Source of the DNA: Felis catus
Taxonomy: Eukaryota
NCBI RefSeq assembly: GCF_018350175.1
Contig: NC_058383.1
Coordinates: forward strand, 21,888,001-21,952,000
Direction: 5' to 3'
Length of the DNA stretch: 64,000 nucleotides
Below, piece by piece: positions 1 through 12,190 of this stretch. How positions within the stretch are numbered: position 1 is the stretch's first letter; the number at the start of each line of letters is the position of its first letter. The translations under genes and the position numbers were made by a program. The notes beneath the pieces were generated by a model. That model saw nothing but the letters and a program-made list of their open reading frames with translations, did not search any database and was not told the DNA's origin.

Positions 1-157
1 GGAAGGGCAGAGAAAGAGGGAGACACAGAATCTGAAGCAGGTTCCAGGCTCTGAGCTGTCAGCACAGAGCCTGATGCAGGGCTTGAACCCATGAATCATG
101 AGATCAGGACCTGAGCCAAAGTTGGTCAGTCATGACCGACTGAGCCACCCAGGTGTC
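1..157 (-). mobile_element. Can-SINE (SINEC), cut by window edge
   Basis: Reverse complement of SINEC body and head (..gagccacccaggtg). Confidence 0.9.
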
Positions 158-2290
158 TCTCTATGCTTAGCTTCTTGAGGAACCACCAGGCTATTTTCCA
201 CAGCAACTATGCTGTTTTACATTTTCATCAGCAATGTATGGGGGTTCCTGTTTCTCCGCATCCTCACCAACACTCATGATTGTCCTCCTTTTTGATTACA
301 GCCATCTGGTGGGTTGATATAAAATTCTATCTTATTGTGGTTTTGATTTTCATTTTCTGGATGACACAATGATGTTGAGCATCTTATGTGCTTATTGGCC
401 ATTGGTATATTTTCTTTAGACATATATGTATTCAAATCCTTTGAATATTTTTAAATTGGGTTGTCTTTTTGTTATTGAATTATAAGAGTTCTTTATATAG
501 TCTGGATACAGGTTCCTTATCAGACATATAATTTGCAAATATTTTCTCTCCCATTATGTGATTTATCTTTTCATTTTCTTGATGATGTCCTTTGAAGCAC
601 AAAAGCTTTAATTTTGATAAAAAATTTTCTATATATATATATATATTTTGGTGTTATATCTAAGAAATCATTGCCCAATCTATAGTCACAAAGAATTATT
701 CCTATGTTTTCTTCTATGAGTTTTATAGTTCTTGCTTTTATATTTAGTTCTATGATTCACCTTCAGTTAAGTATTGCACATGGTGTGAGGTAGGGGTCCA
801 ACTCCACTCCTTTTTATGTGTGAGAGTGACTGTCCCAGGACTCTTTGTTGAAAAGACTATTCTTTCTTCACTGGGTAGTCTTGGCACCCAACGCTGAAAA
901 TCAATTAGCCATAAATATAAGAGTTTATTTCTGAACTCTTCAAATCTATTCTATTGATCTATATAAGTGTATCCTTAAACCCAGTACTACACTTTCTTAT
1001 TACTGCAGCTTTATGGCAAATTTTGAAGGAAGTAAATGAGAGTCCTTCAACTTTGTTTTTTTTCAAGATTGTTTTGGATATTCAAGGATATGAATTTTAT
1101 GATTAGCTTATCAATTTCTGCAAAAAAAAATTCCTGCTGGAATTTTGATACAAATTGCACTGAATTTGTCAACCAGAAGTATTGCCATCTTAACATTATT
1201 AAGATTTCTGATCTGTGAAGACAGAGTGGCTTTTTATTTACTTAGGTCTTCTTTATTTCCAACAATGTTTTGTAATAGTCATTGTACAAATCTTCCTCTT
1301 CTGTTGTTGAATTTATTCCTAAGTGTTTTATTCTTTTTCATGCTATTGTAAATGCAATCGTTTTCTTAATTTCATTCTCACATTGTTCATTGACAGTCTG
1401 TATCTCCTTTAGTGAATTGTCTTTTCAAATATTTTGCCCATTTTTAAACTGGGTTGTTCATTTTCTTTTTATGGAGTTTCACTGTATTTTTCATATATAT
1501 ATAGAATGTGTTTTGCAAGTGTTCTCTCCTAGTCTGTGGCTTGTCTTTTCATTTCCTTAATTTCATTTTCAGATTGTTCACTGACAGTCTATGTATCTTC
1601 TTTAGTGAATTATCTATTCAAATATGTTAACTTTTTTTAAAACTGTGTTGTTCATTTTCTTATTATGGAGTTTCATGTGTTCTTTGTATTTTTCTTGTAT
1701 ATATAGAATGTGTTTTGCAAATATTTTCTCTTAGGTTTGTCTTTTCATTTCCTTCATGTCTTTTAAAGAGCAGAAGTTTTAAAATTTTGATGAAGTTCAA
1801 CACATCAAAATTTTCTTTTGTGGATTGTGCTTTTTCTGTCTTATCTAAGAATTTTTTGCATAACTCGAGATAACAAATCCCTTATGTTTCCTTCTGGACG
1901 TTTAAAAAAATTTTTTTAATGTTTTATTTATTTTTGAGACAGAGAGACAAGAACATGAATGGGGGAGGGGCAGAGAGAGAGGGAGACACAGAATCTGAAG
2001 CAGGCTCCAGGGTCTGAGCTGTCACCACAGAGCCCGATGAAGGGCTCAAACTCACACAGAACTGTGAGATCATGACCTGAGCTGAAGTTGGATGCTTAAC
2101 CAGTGGAGCCACCCAGGCACCCCTCTTCTGGACGTTTTATAGTTTAAGGTTTTACATTTAGGCCTATCCTCCATTTTGAGTTAATTTTTGACTATGGGTC
2201 AAGATTATTTTTGTTTGCACATAGGTTTGCAATTGTTATAGTACTGTTTGCTCAATAGTCTGTCCTTTCTTCTCTGAATGCCTTTTGACT
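158..2290 (-). mobile_element. Old L1 (L1M-type) ORF2/3' fragments
   Basis: Typical antisense L1 text (gtttctccgcatcctcaccaacac; ttgaaaagactattcttt); no intact ORF; interrupted by a SINE. Confidence 0.85.
1904..2123 (-). mobile_element. Can-SINE
   Basis: Full body; TSD cttctggacgttt at 1891 and 2125. Confidence 0.95.
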
Positions 2291-2373
2291 TTTAATGACA
2301 GTAATCCATTATATATACATATACATGTAGAAAATGCATAAAATATGTTCAGCTTAAAGAGTAATTACATACA

Positions 2374-2480
2374 GGGTGCCTGGCTGGCTCTCAGTTGATG
2401 GAGCATGTGACTCTTGATCTCGGGGTTGTGGGATTGAGCCCCACACTGGGTTTAAAGATTACCTAAAAAAAAAAAAATCT
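2374..2480 (+). mobile_element. Short older Can-SINE (lacks CT-rich region)
   Basis: gggtgcctggctggct head followed by gattacct and A tail. Confidence 0.85.
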
Positions 2481-2694
2481 GGGGCACCTGGGCGGCTTAG
2501 TCGGTTAAGCGTCCGACTTCAGCTCAGATCATGATCTAGCGGTTTGTGAATTCGATCCCCATGTGAGACTCTGTACTGACAGCTCAGAGCCTGGAGCCTG
2601 CTTCAGATTCTGTGTCTCCCTCTCTCTCTGTCCCTCCCCTGCTCACGCTGTCTCTGTCTCTCTCAAGAATAAGTAAACATTAAAAAAAAATTAA
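2481..2694 (+). mobile_element. Can-SINE
   Basis: Head, CT region and A tail. Confidence 0.95.
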
Positions 2695-2906
2695 GGGGCG
2701 CCTGGGTGGCTAGGTCGGTTAAGTGTCTGACTTTGGCTCAGGTCATGATCTCATGGTCCGTGGGTTCCAGCCCCATGTCAGGCTCCGTGCTGGCAGCTTG
2801 GAGCCTGGAACCTGCTTCCGATTCTGTGTCTCCTTCTCTCTCTGCCTCTTCCCCTCTCGTGCTCTGTCTCTCTCACTCTCAAAATTAAATAAACATAAAA
2901 ATTTTT

Positions 2907-2946
<40 letters not shown>

Positions 2947-2960
2947 AATAAGTAAAATCT
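2695..2960 (+). mobile_element. Can-SINE with (TAAA)n tail
   Basis: Head, CT region and tail. Confidence 0.95.
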
Positions 2961-3169
2961 TTAAAAGAGTATGTACAGTACTATTCACGTCAATCTCCAA
3001 TTACAGCCCCATTCTTCTCTCCCAAGAGTACTGACCATCTTGATTTTGCAATAATAATTCCCCTTGCTCTTAAAGATTTACTATGCATGTATGTGTACTT
3101 AAATAATTTCGTTTAGTTTGGGCTGTTTTGAAACGTTATTATATGAATGGAATTTAACCAAGCATATTC

Positions 3170-3380
3170 TTTTAAAAACTTAAATTGTAGTAAAATACAC
3201 ATGACATACGATTCACCATATTAACAGCTTGTGAGTATACATTTCACTGGTATTGAGTGCTTCACAGGGTCATGCAAACTTCACCGCCATCCATCTCCAG
3301 AACTCTTTTCATCTTGTAAAACTAAAACTCTGTACCCAGGAAATAATAACTCCCCATTCCCTCTCTAACCCCTCCCCCCC
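3170..3380 (-). mobile_element. L1 (L1MA/MB-like) 3' end fragment
   Basis: ccatccatctccagaactcttttcatcttgtaaaactaaaactctgtaccc motif. Confidence 0.75.
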
Positions 3381-3467
3381 AAATGTATTCTTTTGTTCAA
3401 TATGATATTTGTGAGAGGGGTCTATGACATCCCACATACTGATGTAGCACATTTTCATCGCTACATT

Positions 3468-4225
3468 GTGGTGCTTCTCAAAATCAGGCCATCCAAGAAG
3501 TCAAAACTGTTTTCATACTACCAACTGCACATCCATAGTATATAAGTTTGCCTGAGAAGTTATTTGCCTTTTTTCATCTCCATTCTCTCACGAGGGTACT
3601 GTGGAGCTTTCCAGAAGCTACACGGTGTGCAGTATTGCAACAGACTGGATGCAGAAGCAGATTCAAGAACTCATTTATCTTCTTCTTCTTCTTCTTCTTC
3701 TTCTTCTTCTTCTTCTTCTTCTTTTTTTAACGTTTATTTATTTTTGAGAGAGAGAAACAGAATACCAGCAGGGGAGGGGCAGAGAGAGAGAGGGAGACAG
3801 AGTCCGAAGCAGGCTCCAGGCTCCGAGCTGTCAGCACAGAGCCTGACACGGGGCTCAAACTCACAAACCATGAGATCATGACCCAAGCCGAAGTCAGACG
3901 CTTAATGGACTGGGCCACCCAGGCACCCCACTCATTTATCTTCTATAAAGGAAGACATTAAAGAGATTTGCAAAAATGTAAAGTAATTCTGCCATTCTTG
4001 CTAGTTTTTTTTAAACCAAGTTATTGTTCATAACAATATAATTGTTATGTTATATGTTTATTATTTTAAGGATGAATTAATACATATATCAAAAGTTTCT
4101 CAGTTCAAATGTCTTATCTGGCAAGTACATAGAGCTGTAACCATGTAAAAAAAAGCTCTCTGAGGGCAGTTGGTAGATTTTAAGAAGTAAAGAAGTCCTG
4201 GGACGAAAAAGATTGACAATCACTG
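3468..4225. mobile_element. hAT-Charlie DNA transposon fossil (Charlie1-like), SINE-interrupted
   Basis: gatgcagaagcagat..agacattaaagagatttgcaaaaatgtaaa and a degenerate CAGTG-type terminus at about 4225. Confidence 0.65.
3684..3929 (-). mobile_element. Can-SINE with (TTC)n at tail
   Basis: TSD actcatttatcttct at 3669 and 3930. Confidence 0.95.
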
Positions 4226-4326
4226 TAGAATCATATTCATTATATGAATATGCCACAATTTATCTGCCCACTCCACTGCAGATGGACATATGGGATGTTT
4301 CCGACTGCATTAAGAACAATGCTCCT

Positions 4327-4545
4327 GGGGTGCCTGGTGGCTCAGTCGGTTAAGCGTCTGGCTCTTGACTTCGGCTTGGGTCATGGTCCCACAGTTTGTG
4401 GGTTCGAGCCCCACGTTGGGCTGTGTGCCAACGTGGAGTCTACTTGGGATTCTCTCTCTCCCTCCCCCTCTCTGCCCCTCCCCCTCTTGTGTACTGTCTC
4501 TCTCTCTCTCTCTCAAAATAAATAAACTTAAAAAATAATAAAAAA
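4327..4545 (+). mobile_element. Can-SINE
   Basis: TSD gaacaatg(c/t)tcct. Confidence 0.95.
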
Positions 4546-5164
4546 GGAACAATGTTCCTATGAATAACCTTGAACATGTCTCCTTGTGCCCATCTGCCTG
4601 AGGAGAGGAATTGCACATCTTGAACTTGAAGAATGTCCTACTGTTTCCAAAGTGCTTGGACCCACTTGTGCCCTTCCAGCTCTACATTTATACCAACATG
4701 TAGAACGACAACACTTTTAATTTTTTTTTTCTTGCCGACTTTGCAGCTGTATGATAGAGATCTACTATATAGATCCCTGTGTATTGTTTTGTGTGTTTGG
4801 AATTTTGTTTCATGTGCATGTGCACTTATGAAACTTACACTATATGTTTTTAAAAAGAAAAATGTGTCTTTATAAAGCCACTTTAAAATAACTTTCCATA
4901 CCGATATGTTGACAGTGCTTACATATATTTTCACTGACAAAAATTTCCTCGGAAATATACGTTGTGCCGTCTGTCTGCGTGTATTATTTTCTTGGCAAAT
5001 ACGGGCGCGTGGCAGAACTGGAATTTTCGCCCATGTGTCTCTCTTTCTCCAGGCTCTTTCGCTTCTCTTAAGGACGGCACGGTGACAGGCAGCAGAGCTT
5101 TTCTTGGTTTATTTTATTTTTTGATTTCATTTTAAGCCACCTTCGCAAGAGGATGCTGCTGATG

Positions 5165-5180
5165 GCTGCCCCCTAGTGGA
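5165..5180 (-). promoter_or_regulatory. Candidate CTCF site
   Basis: Reverse complement TCCACTAGGGGGCAGC matches the CTCF core; lies in non-repeat DNA. Confidence 0.55.
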
Positions 5181-5451
5181 CTCCTGCAAGACTGCTCCCG
5201 CTGGATTGTAAGAAGCCCCCTCAGCCGCGCTGAGCTTTCCCCTGCTGGAGGGCGAGGCCTCAGCATTAGCATCTGCTTCCAGCAGAGAATAAACAAGTTG
5301 ATAATCCTCAGTAGCGCCACGACATGCTTACCTAGGCAGTATAAGTACACTCTTGGGGACTGATCAAGGTCAGCCTGTGCAGCATGATAGCTTTGGTTAC
5401 AAGCTTGGGTTGGCTATCAGATTGAAAAGGCACAACAGCCTTTAACGCAAT

Positions 5452-5662
5452 ACAGTTTCTCCAACCTCAGCACTAGTGACATTTTGGGCTGGATAATCTT
5501 TTGTTGTGGGGGGCTGCCCTGCACATTCTAGGATGTTTAACAGCATACTTGACCTCTATTCATTAGATTTCAGTAGCATTCTTTCCCTAGCCGTGACAGC
5601 TAATAACGTCCCCAGACATTGCCAAATATCTCGTGGGGGACAAAACAGCCCCCAGTTGAGAA
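5452..5662 (-). mobile_element. MER20 (hAT-Charlie)
   Basis: Colinear with the reverse complement of the MER20 consensus (cagacattgccaaat, ggatgtttaacagcat). Confidence 0.85.
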
Positions 5663-6254
5663 GGATGAGATTCAGCTTGCACAGCTTTATCTCATCAGGA
5701 TGGCCAGCGGTACCCAAGCACGTAGATTCTGTTGTTCCTCGTCCACACGGCTGCAACCACAACAGCCAAGCTGTGCATGAATCACCTTTATACAGAGAGG
5801 CCATATTTATGACATATTAGTCACGCTGGCCTAGGTCTTGTGTGAGATTCAGAGAGCCTCCCGCAGGTACCCTCCCACATAGCAGAAGAAATGGTCACAG
5901 CATTCCATGCTTATCTTGAATCTTTGTTTTCCAAAAGAAACTGCCCTAGGAGAACTCAGACCTGAGGGCATCCCCTGACCGGCCTCCCTTAGCAGGGCCT
6001 GAAGCTAACTAACACTTTATTTATCTACAAAGCCATACCCAGCCAATTAGAGTTGGTTTATTAAGTACTTTCCTCCCTGCAGAAATGCTGTTCATGCCCC
6101 GCCCCAGCCCCAACCCCACCAGAAAGAGAACAGGGCCTTTGTGTCAGCCAGGACCTGCACAGCCTCAGAGCAGCCTCCGAGCCCACATTCAGCTCCCATC
6201 CCATCCCCACATTTCAGATGAACTTTGTGGGGCCATCAAAATATCTAGGCTTCA

Positions 6255-6460
6255 GGGGCACCTGGGTGGCTCCAGCATCCGACTTTGGCCCAGGTCACGA
6301 TCTCACAGTTTGTGGGTTCCAGTCCCCTTGGAGCCTGTTGCGGATTTCGTGTCTCCCTCTCTCTCTGCCCCTTCCCTGCTCATGCTCTGTCTCTCTCTCT
6401 CTGTCTCTCTCTCTCAAAAATAAGTAAACAAATAAACGTTAAGAAATTAAAAAAAAAAAA
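6255..6460 (+). mobile_element. Can-SINE with internal deletions
   Basis: TSD ctaggcttc; parts of the head are missing. Confidence 0.9.
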
Positions 6461-6924
6461 GCCTAGGCTTCTGGGGTGGCTTGCAATAACTTACTTTGTT
6501 TGCCCCTTCACTTAAAATACTCTGCTTTATATCATGTCTATTGTCCTGCTTATGGTAGATATGGTGTATCTAGAAACATCTGTCAGCATGCTAGAGACAT
6601 CTTGGAATGCTCCCCTTAAAAGAAGAGTTTGGGGAATATTTCACAGGCCGTGATTCCACCCCAATGGGACACCAAGATTCTTTCAAGACACTAGTGGCTT
6701 CTTACTTTGACAGCTGCTGGAAATGTGCTGGGGCCCAGGAAATTTTGGAAATCTCAAAGAGTTGCCCTTTCTACTGGTAAATGCCTCAGAGATCTTTATT
6801 TTACCCGCCCCCCTCCTCCCAGGACCATAAATAATCTATCTCTTCCCCACAGTTGCTGAAAAGATAAGTCATAAACTTGAATTTACTGATGGCCATTGGG
6901 GAGACCCTGCCTGGAGTGGAGTTA

Positions 6925-7480
6925 TCTCCAAGAGAGTTCCTCTAGAAGCAGATCTCAAAACAAGGTTGTGAGTGCAACTAGCCAATTTGGTAATTGATCC
7001 CAGGAAGCGCCAGTAGGGAATTAGAGTCATGAGACAGGGAAGGAAGACAGCCAGTTAGAAGTGTTTAATGGAACAGGTTATTGCTGTGGCCAACTGGAGT
7101 GTGAACCCCGCTGGGGACTCTGGGAGATTGCGTAGAACACGCAACATAGGAGCGTCTATGTGGCTCAGTTGGTTGAGTGACCAGTTTCGGCTCAGGTCAC
7201 GATCTCGTGGTTTGTGAGTTCAAGTTCCACATCAGGCTCTCTGCTGGCAGTGCAGAACCCGCCTAGGATCCTCTGTCCCCCTCTATCTCTCAAAAATAAA
7301 TTAACATTAAAAAAAAATTTAGAACACGCATTATAGAGTTATCCTGACCACAGAGATGGGGTGTTGGTCCCCCCATTTTCATCAGCATTTGAGGGCGTGC
7401 CGAGACTCTCCTGCAGGTGGGCCAAGTGGCCTCAGTGGCCTGACAGAGCCCCAGGCGAAGAATCACAGCTGCTCGCAGGG
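6925..7480 (-). mobile_element. ERVL LTR (LTR16-like), probable 3' LTR of the adjacent provirus
   Basis: agaagcagatct..caagg..gagtgcaa..gatcccaggaagc..gagacagggaagg pattern; SINE inserted. Confidence 0.65.
7149..7320 (+). mobile_element. Can-SINE (shortened CT region)
   Basis: TSD tagaacacgca. Confidence 0.9.
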
Positions 7481-8019
7481 GCTGCTAACTTCCTCCTACT
7501 TCCTGTTAGGTTCCTCACTCTGTCTTGTCCCTCTGTCCCTCTGGGTGGGAGCCCATTATCACAATTTCTTAAAAAAAGATCGCCAACAGGAGCATTGGTG
7601 GGATAAGCCCCACGTCCACTATTTCAGTTGGTCCTGAGGCCACACTATCTTTACTATCCATTCTCAAGTCTCCTCCACTTCTTGGCCAGCAATTTTTTTT
7701 TTTTGTCTCATCGATTTCTTCTTATGAGATATAACTCACAAAGTATAAAATTCACTCTTTGAACAGTTTGTGCAGCATCGTGGTTTTTAGGGTACTCACA
7801 AAGTTGTGCAACCATTCCCGCTGTCTAATTTCAGAATGCTTGCATCACCCCCAGAAGACACCACCACTAGGGGTCGCTCCCCCCTCATTCCTCTGCTCCC
7901 CACCCAATCCCTGGCAGCCCCTTATCCACCCTCTGTCTTGTCTCTGTGGACTTGCCTTTCTGGAAATTTCACGTACATGGAATCAGCCACTAGATGGTTT
8001 TTTGTGTCTGGCTTCTTTC

Positions 8020-8220
8020 TTTCTTTTTCTGTTTTGAGAGAGACACAGACAGCATGAGTGGGGAAGGGGCAGAGAGAGAGAGAGAGAGAATCCCAAACAA
8101 ACTCTGTGCTGCCAGTACAGAGCCTGATGTGGGGCCTGAGCTCACGAAACTGGGAGATCAAGACCTAAGCCAAAACCAAGAGTCTGCTGCTTAACTGACT
8201 GAGCCACCCAGGTGCCCCCC
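8020..8220 (-). mobile_element. Can-SINE
   Basis: Reverse-complement body and head. Confidence 0.9.
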
Positions 8221-8228
8221 CCCCACTT

Positions 8229-8450
8229 AAAATTTTTTTTCCCCTAATGTTTATTTATTTTTGAGAGAGAGGGAAAGAGACAGAGCGCAAGCAGGGGAGG
8301 GGCAGAGAGAGACACACAGAATCCAAAGCAGGCTCCAGGGTCCAAGCTGTCAGCACAGAGCCTGACACGGGGCTCGAACTCACAAACCGCCACATCATGA
8401 CCTGAGCTGAAGTCGGCTGCTTAACCGACTGAGCCACCCAGGCGCTCCCC
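8229..8450 (-). mobile_element. Can-SINE
   Basis: Reverse-complement body and head. Confidence 0.9.
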
Positions 8451-8459
8451 ACCCCGCTG

Positions 8460-8493
<34 letters not shown>

Positions 8494-9089
8494 GTTTGTG
8501 TCCGGCTTCTTTCAATCAGCGTATTTCGAAGGCTCATCCAAGTGGTAGCAGATATCAGTACCGTGTTCCTTCATGGCTGGATGATTCTATTGCATGAACA
8601 CACTATTTTGTTCACCCGTGTAAGATGGACATTTGGGTTGTTTCCACTTTTTGGCTCTGTCGGACGACGCTGCTGGGAATATTCATGCACAGATTTTTGT
8701 GCAGACAGGTGTTTCCATCTCTCTTGGGTCTCTACCTAGGCGTGGAATTGCTTAGTCATAATGGTAGCTCATAGTTTAACTTTCTGAGAAACTGCCAAAC
8801 TGTTTTCCAAAGCAGCTGTGCTATTTTGCATTCCCACCAGCGATGTACGAGGGTTCCGATTTTTTCACTTGCTCACCAACACTGTTCTTCTTTTTTGATT
8901 ATGGCCATCCTGGTGGGTGGGAAGTGCTATCTCATTTTGGTTTTGATTTGCATTTCCCTGAAGACTGATGATGCTGAGCATCTTTTCATGTGCTTATTTT
9001 GGCCACTGATTTTGCTTGTCTGGACGGTTAGCCTAGATCTCCATCCCTAAGGGCTCTGAGCCCCCTGGTTTCCAGGCCTGGAGGAGGCT

Positions 9090-9470
9090 GGGGTTGTTGT
9101 AGTTGCCTTTTCATGGTTAAAATCGGGCACGGGAGCACCAAAGGGCACCCCGGCAAACCCTCAGAGCTTCAGAATCCTCTCCTCTGTCCTCATTACGTAG
9201 CAGTGATCCTATATCCTAGTGATAATGAGAGTCAATTAGCTCAGCTAATACAGTAACTGCTTTTTCTGCCTGCTGGGCTACTGGCTAAGGAGCCCAAAAT
9301 GACCAGGTAGCAGCTCTGCTTTAGGTCGGTGGGATGGTTATTATGTCACCTGCCAGGAGTGTCCTTCCCCTAGGAATCAGGACCTCCAGTTCAGCAGAGC
9401 TTAAAGTTGCAGGGAGAGGAAACACAGGTTCCCTAAGTGGGTCACTGGGTGTGAGGGTGGAGGGGTAGTG
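9090..9470 (-). pseudogene. ERV-L dUTPase remnant
   Basis: Manual translation across frameshifts: LTPSDPL..PLPATLSSAELEVLIP..; LPGHFGLL; QAEKAVTVLAELIDSHY; LVLPCPILTMKRQLQQP, resembling ERV-L post-integrase dUTPase. Confidence 0.8.
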
Positions 9471-9629
9471 ATGCTACTCTTGGTTCTCAGATCTATGCAT
9501 TATCACTTTGTTGGTAGGAACACGCTGCCATATAATGGCTACTGGGGCAAAGTACATACTATGTCTTGAAGGACAGCACCTGACCTCCCCCTGCAAGGTG
9601 TCATCCCCAAGCTGGTGTCTTAACTGTGC

Positions 9630-9720
9630 TTTTATTTTTTATTTTATTTTATTTTATTTTTAGATTTATTTATTTATTTTGAGAGAAAGAGAGAGAGAGA
9701 ATGCAGGGGAGGGGCAGAGA

Positions 9721-9757
<37 letters not shown>

Positions 9758-9881
9758 CCAAGCAGGCTCCACACTGTCAGCATAGAGTCCGACGTGGGGC
9801 TTAAACTCAAGAACCGCGAGATCATGACCTGAGCCGAAACCAAGAGTCGGACACTCAACTGACTGAGCCACCTCAGCGCCC
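9630..9881 (-). mobile_element. Can-SINE in ERV
   Basis: Reverse-complement body with (TTTTA)n tail. Confidence 0.9.
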
Positions 9882-9889
9882 TAGTTTTG

Positions 9890-10330
9890 CATTTAAGAAG
9901 CCATTTCTGGGTGCCGTTAGGCAGCTTCTGAGCGACATGGAATATCATGTCCACGGTGGCCTCTCCTTCATCATAAAACAGGAGGCCCTTGGTGCAAGAC
10001 TTTGTTACCCCAGATCCCATGCTGGAAAAGCAGACACTCTGTGAGAGGCTTCAGATAGTGGTGGCCGCCGTGGGCAGGAAAGGCATATTAACCCATACTT
10101 GGAATCCGAGTGAATCCTCGTGGGGAGACATCACTGCCCGCTCCGGGGTGGAAATGATCCAATGCAATCAACTTGCCACCCGTTGGCTGGCTGGGTCTGC
10201 CAGGGACCGCACCATACTGAGGGTTTAGTGTCGATAGATGATGATGCCGGCAGTGGCTAGATCAGCCTTGGTGGGAGGGAGCACGTGTCATTGAGACCCT
10301 GCTGAGCCTCCAAATCTGCCACCTAGTTGC
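9890..10330 (-). pseudogene. ERV-L integrase remnant
   Basis: TLNPQYGAVP and WQVDCIGSFP (10149-10178) resemble ERV-L TLSPRYGTIP..WQVDYIGPLP. Confidence 0.75.
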
Positions 10331-10959
10331 TCCATTCAAAGGCTTAGAGTTATGGCACAGTTGCAGCTGAATGAAGAGGCCGGCTGGTCTCCACCGGAAA
10401 AGTCACGCTGCCCACCCCGTGGCCCAATTGCTTCCTTTCAATGGACACCCTGTGATGGTTATTGACCAGAGGCACCAGGGCCCACACACGCCGTGTCTCT
10501 CCCACAGATCCAGTGACATAATTCGGCCTCAAGATCTCTGACCTTCTGATCTTGCTCCTTCAAGGCTCCTGACCAATCATTTGAGCCATTCACCGCTGCC
10601 AAGAAGTTAGCGTATGTTCTTAACTCGGGCTACTTCTCTCTTCTCACAAAGTTGGTGACCAGGTCCTCTGCCTAATGTTCTTTCAAAGCTGCCTCTGAGT
10701 GGGGATACAGTGCAGGAGAAGTACATTTTTAGCTCACACCAATATATTGAGCCAATCCATCCATGAGCTTGGCTTGGATTTTCTCTTTTTCCAGGGGGTC
10801 TGTAGGAAACCCTGCATCGGGACATAGGCAGGAGCCGAGGAAGGGTGTTGGAGCAAGAGAGGTAGATACAGGGAAGTGTGGGCCACATGTTTGTGTAGCG
10901 TAGCTTAATTGTGCTCTCTGGACCTGCTCAGGACTGATCCCAAAGGTGCCATTTCCACT

Positions 10960-11320
10960 GTACTATGAATTTCTGCCTCACTTGCCCACTCTCATGACTC
11001 AGGGGTCTGACAGCAGTCAGCTCATGACGGTGTTCCATGGTGAGGTTTCCGTCTCCTAGAGTCCAGTAGCATGCGAGGAGCCGTTTTCTCAAATATTAAA
11101 GAGTTCTCCGCTGCAAGTGGCATGGCGTTGCACCAGAACCCTGGGGGTCTATGCTGCAATTCTCCTTTTGGAGATTCTGGAGATTCTGCACAGACTCACT
11201 TTCTGTCATGGACACCTCTATGCCATGGGATCTGCCATGTTCTGTGGCTCCAAGTGCAGATCCACTTGTATGGTGCAAACCCTCCTGCAAAGCTCTGTTC
11301 TTCTCTGGGCATAATTCAAA
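10960..11320 (-). pseudogene. ERV-L pol RT-connection/RNase H-like remnant
   Basis: QHRPPGFWCNAMPLAAENSLIFEK, then after a frameshift LLACYWTL..LTMEH; resembles RPLGFWSKALP..FERQLLACYWAL. Confidence 0.8.
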
Positions 11321-11329
11321 ACGCGCTGA

Positions 11330-11572
11330 GGGGGCGCCTGGGTGGCTCCGTCGGTTAAGCAGCCGACTTTGACTCAGGTCATGACCTCATGGCTCGTGGG
11401 TTGGAGCCCCGCGTCGGGCCCTGTGCTGACAGCTCAGAGCCTGGAGCCTGCTTCGGATTCTGTGTCTTCCTCTCAATCTCTCCCTCTCTCTCTCTCTGCC
11501 CCTCCCCCTCTTGCCCATTGTCTCTTTCTCTCAAAAGAAAACATTTAAAAAACAAAAGGAAAAACAAAAACC
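11330..11572 (+). mobile_element. Can-SINE in ERV pol
   Basis: TSD aaacgcg(c/t)tg. Confidence 0.95.
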
Positions 11573-11794
11573 AAACGCGTTGCTTTCTGAGTTAACAAGA
11601 AGGGCTTCTCCGTGTGTGTGAGTTATCCCTAAAGCCTCAAGAGGCCTACCTTGTGCTATCCTTCTTAGTGATATGAACTGCCAAGTGCAGTGTGCTTTCC
11701 TTTGTCTTGGGGGGGATACCCTGGACCACCAGGCTGGAAGGAAAACCTCACCAATGCAGCAGCCTCCTGAATCTTTGTCGATTCGCCACGTCTC

Positions 11795-12190
11795 CTATCC
11801 TGTGGCGCCCCAGAATGTGCAGAGATTTTGCACTTCCTGCCCACCAGGGCTGATCAGCATGGTGTCACTGGTATGGTGGATCAGAGTGATATTTTGTGGG
11901 ATGTGCAGAAGATCAAGGTCCCTTGAGACCACAGTGTGACAAAGAGCAGGGGAATTGGTATAGCTCTGGACTAGCAGATCCTCCTTTCTGATGGGGATTG
12001 AAGACAGCTCATCTGCCAGAGGGTGAGTTTGTGCAGGGGGCGGTCCCTGAGGGCTTTTGGTCAGGGGAGTCACATACTTACATTTGCATTGTAAAGTGTC
12101 ACTTGGCATTCTGTGTGGGGGACAGATTGGAGGAGAGGTCAAGAAGAGATTCCATAGAAGCTCATCTGTTGTGTCCTTCAAACTTGAACT
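11795..12190 (-). pseudogene. ERV-L reverse transcriptase remnant
   Basis: ORF 11795..12181 contains QSYTNSPALCHTVVSRDLDLLHIPQNITLIHHTSDTMLI, matching ERV-L QGYINSPALCH..RDLD..ITLVHYIDDIMLI; YIDD has become HTSD. Confidence 0.85.

Larger units (their letters stand above)
7695..9010 (-). mobile_element. L1MB-like 3' fragment inserted in the ERV
   Basis: gatggacatttgggttgtttccacttttt, gactgatgatgctgagcatcttttcatgtgc. Confidence 0.85.

Noticed and set aside
3548..3881. Poly-Ser/poly-Phe ORFs
   Set aside because: Translation of the (TTC)n tract plus SINE sequence
5040..5110. Splice acceptor ctctttctccag at about 5052 as a coding exon
   Set aside because: No convincing donor, reading frame or homology; a non-coding exon cannot be excluded without RNA data
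11795..12181. RT-like ORF as a domesticated functional gene
   Set aside because: Catalytic motif destroyed, internal deletion, frameshifts, and a SINE in downstream pol
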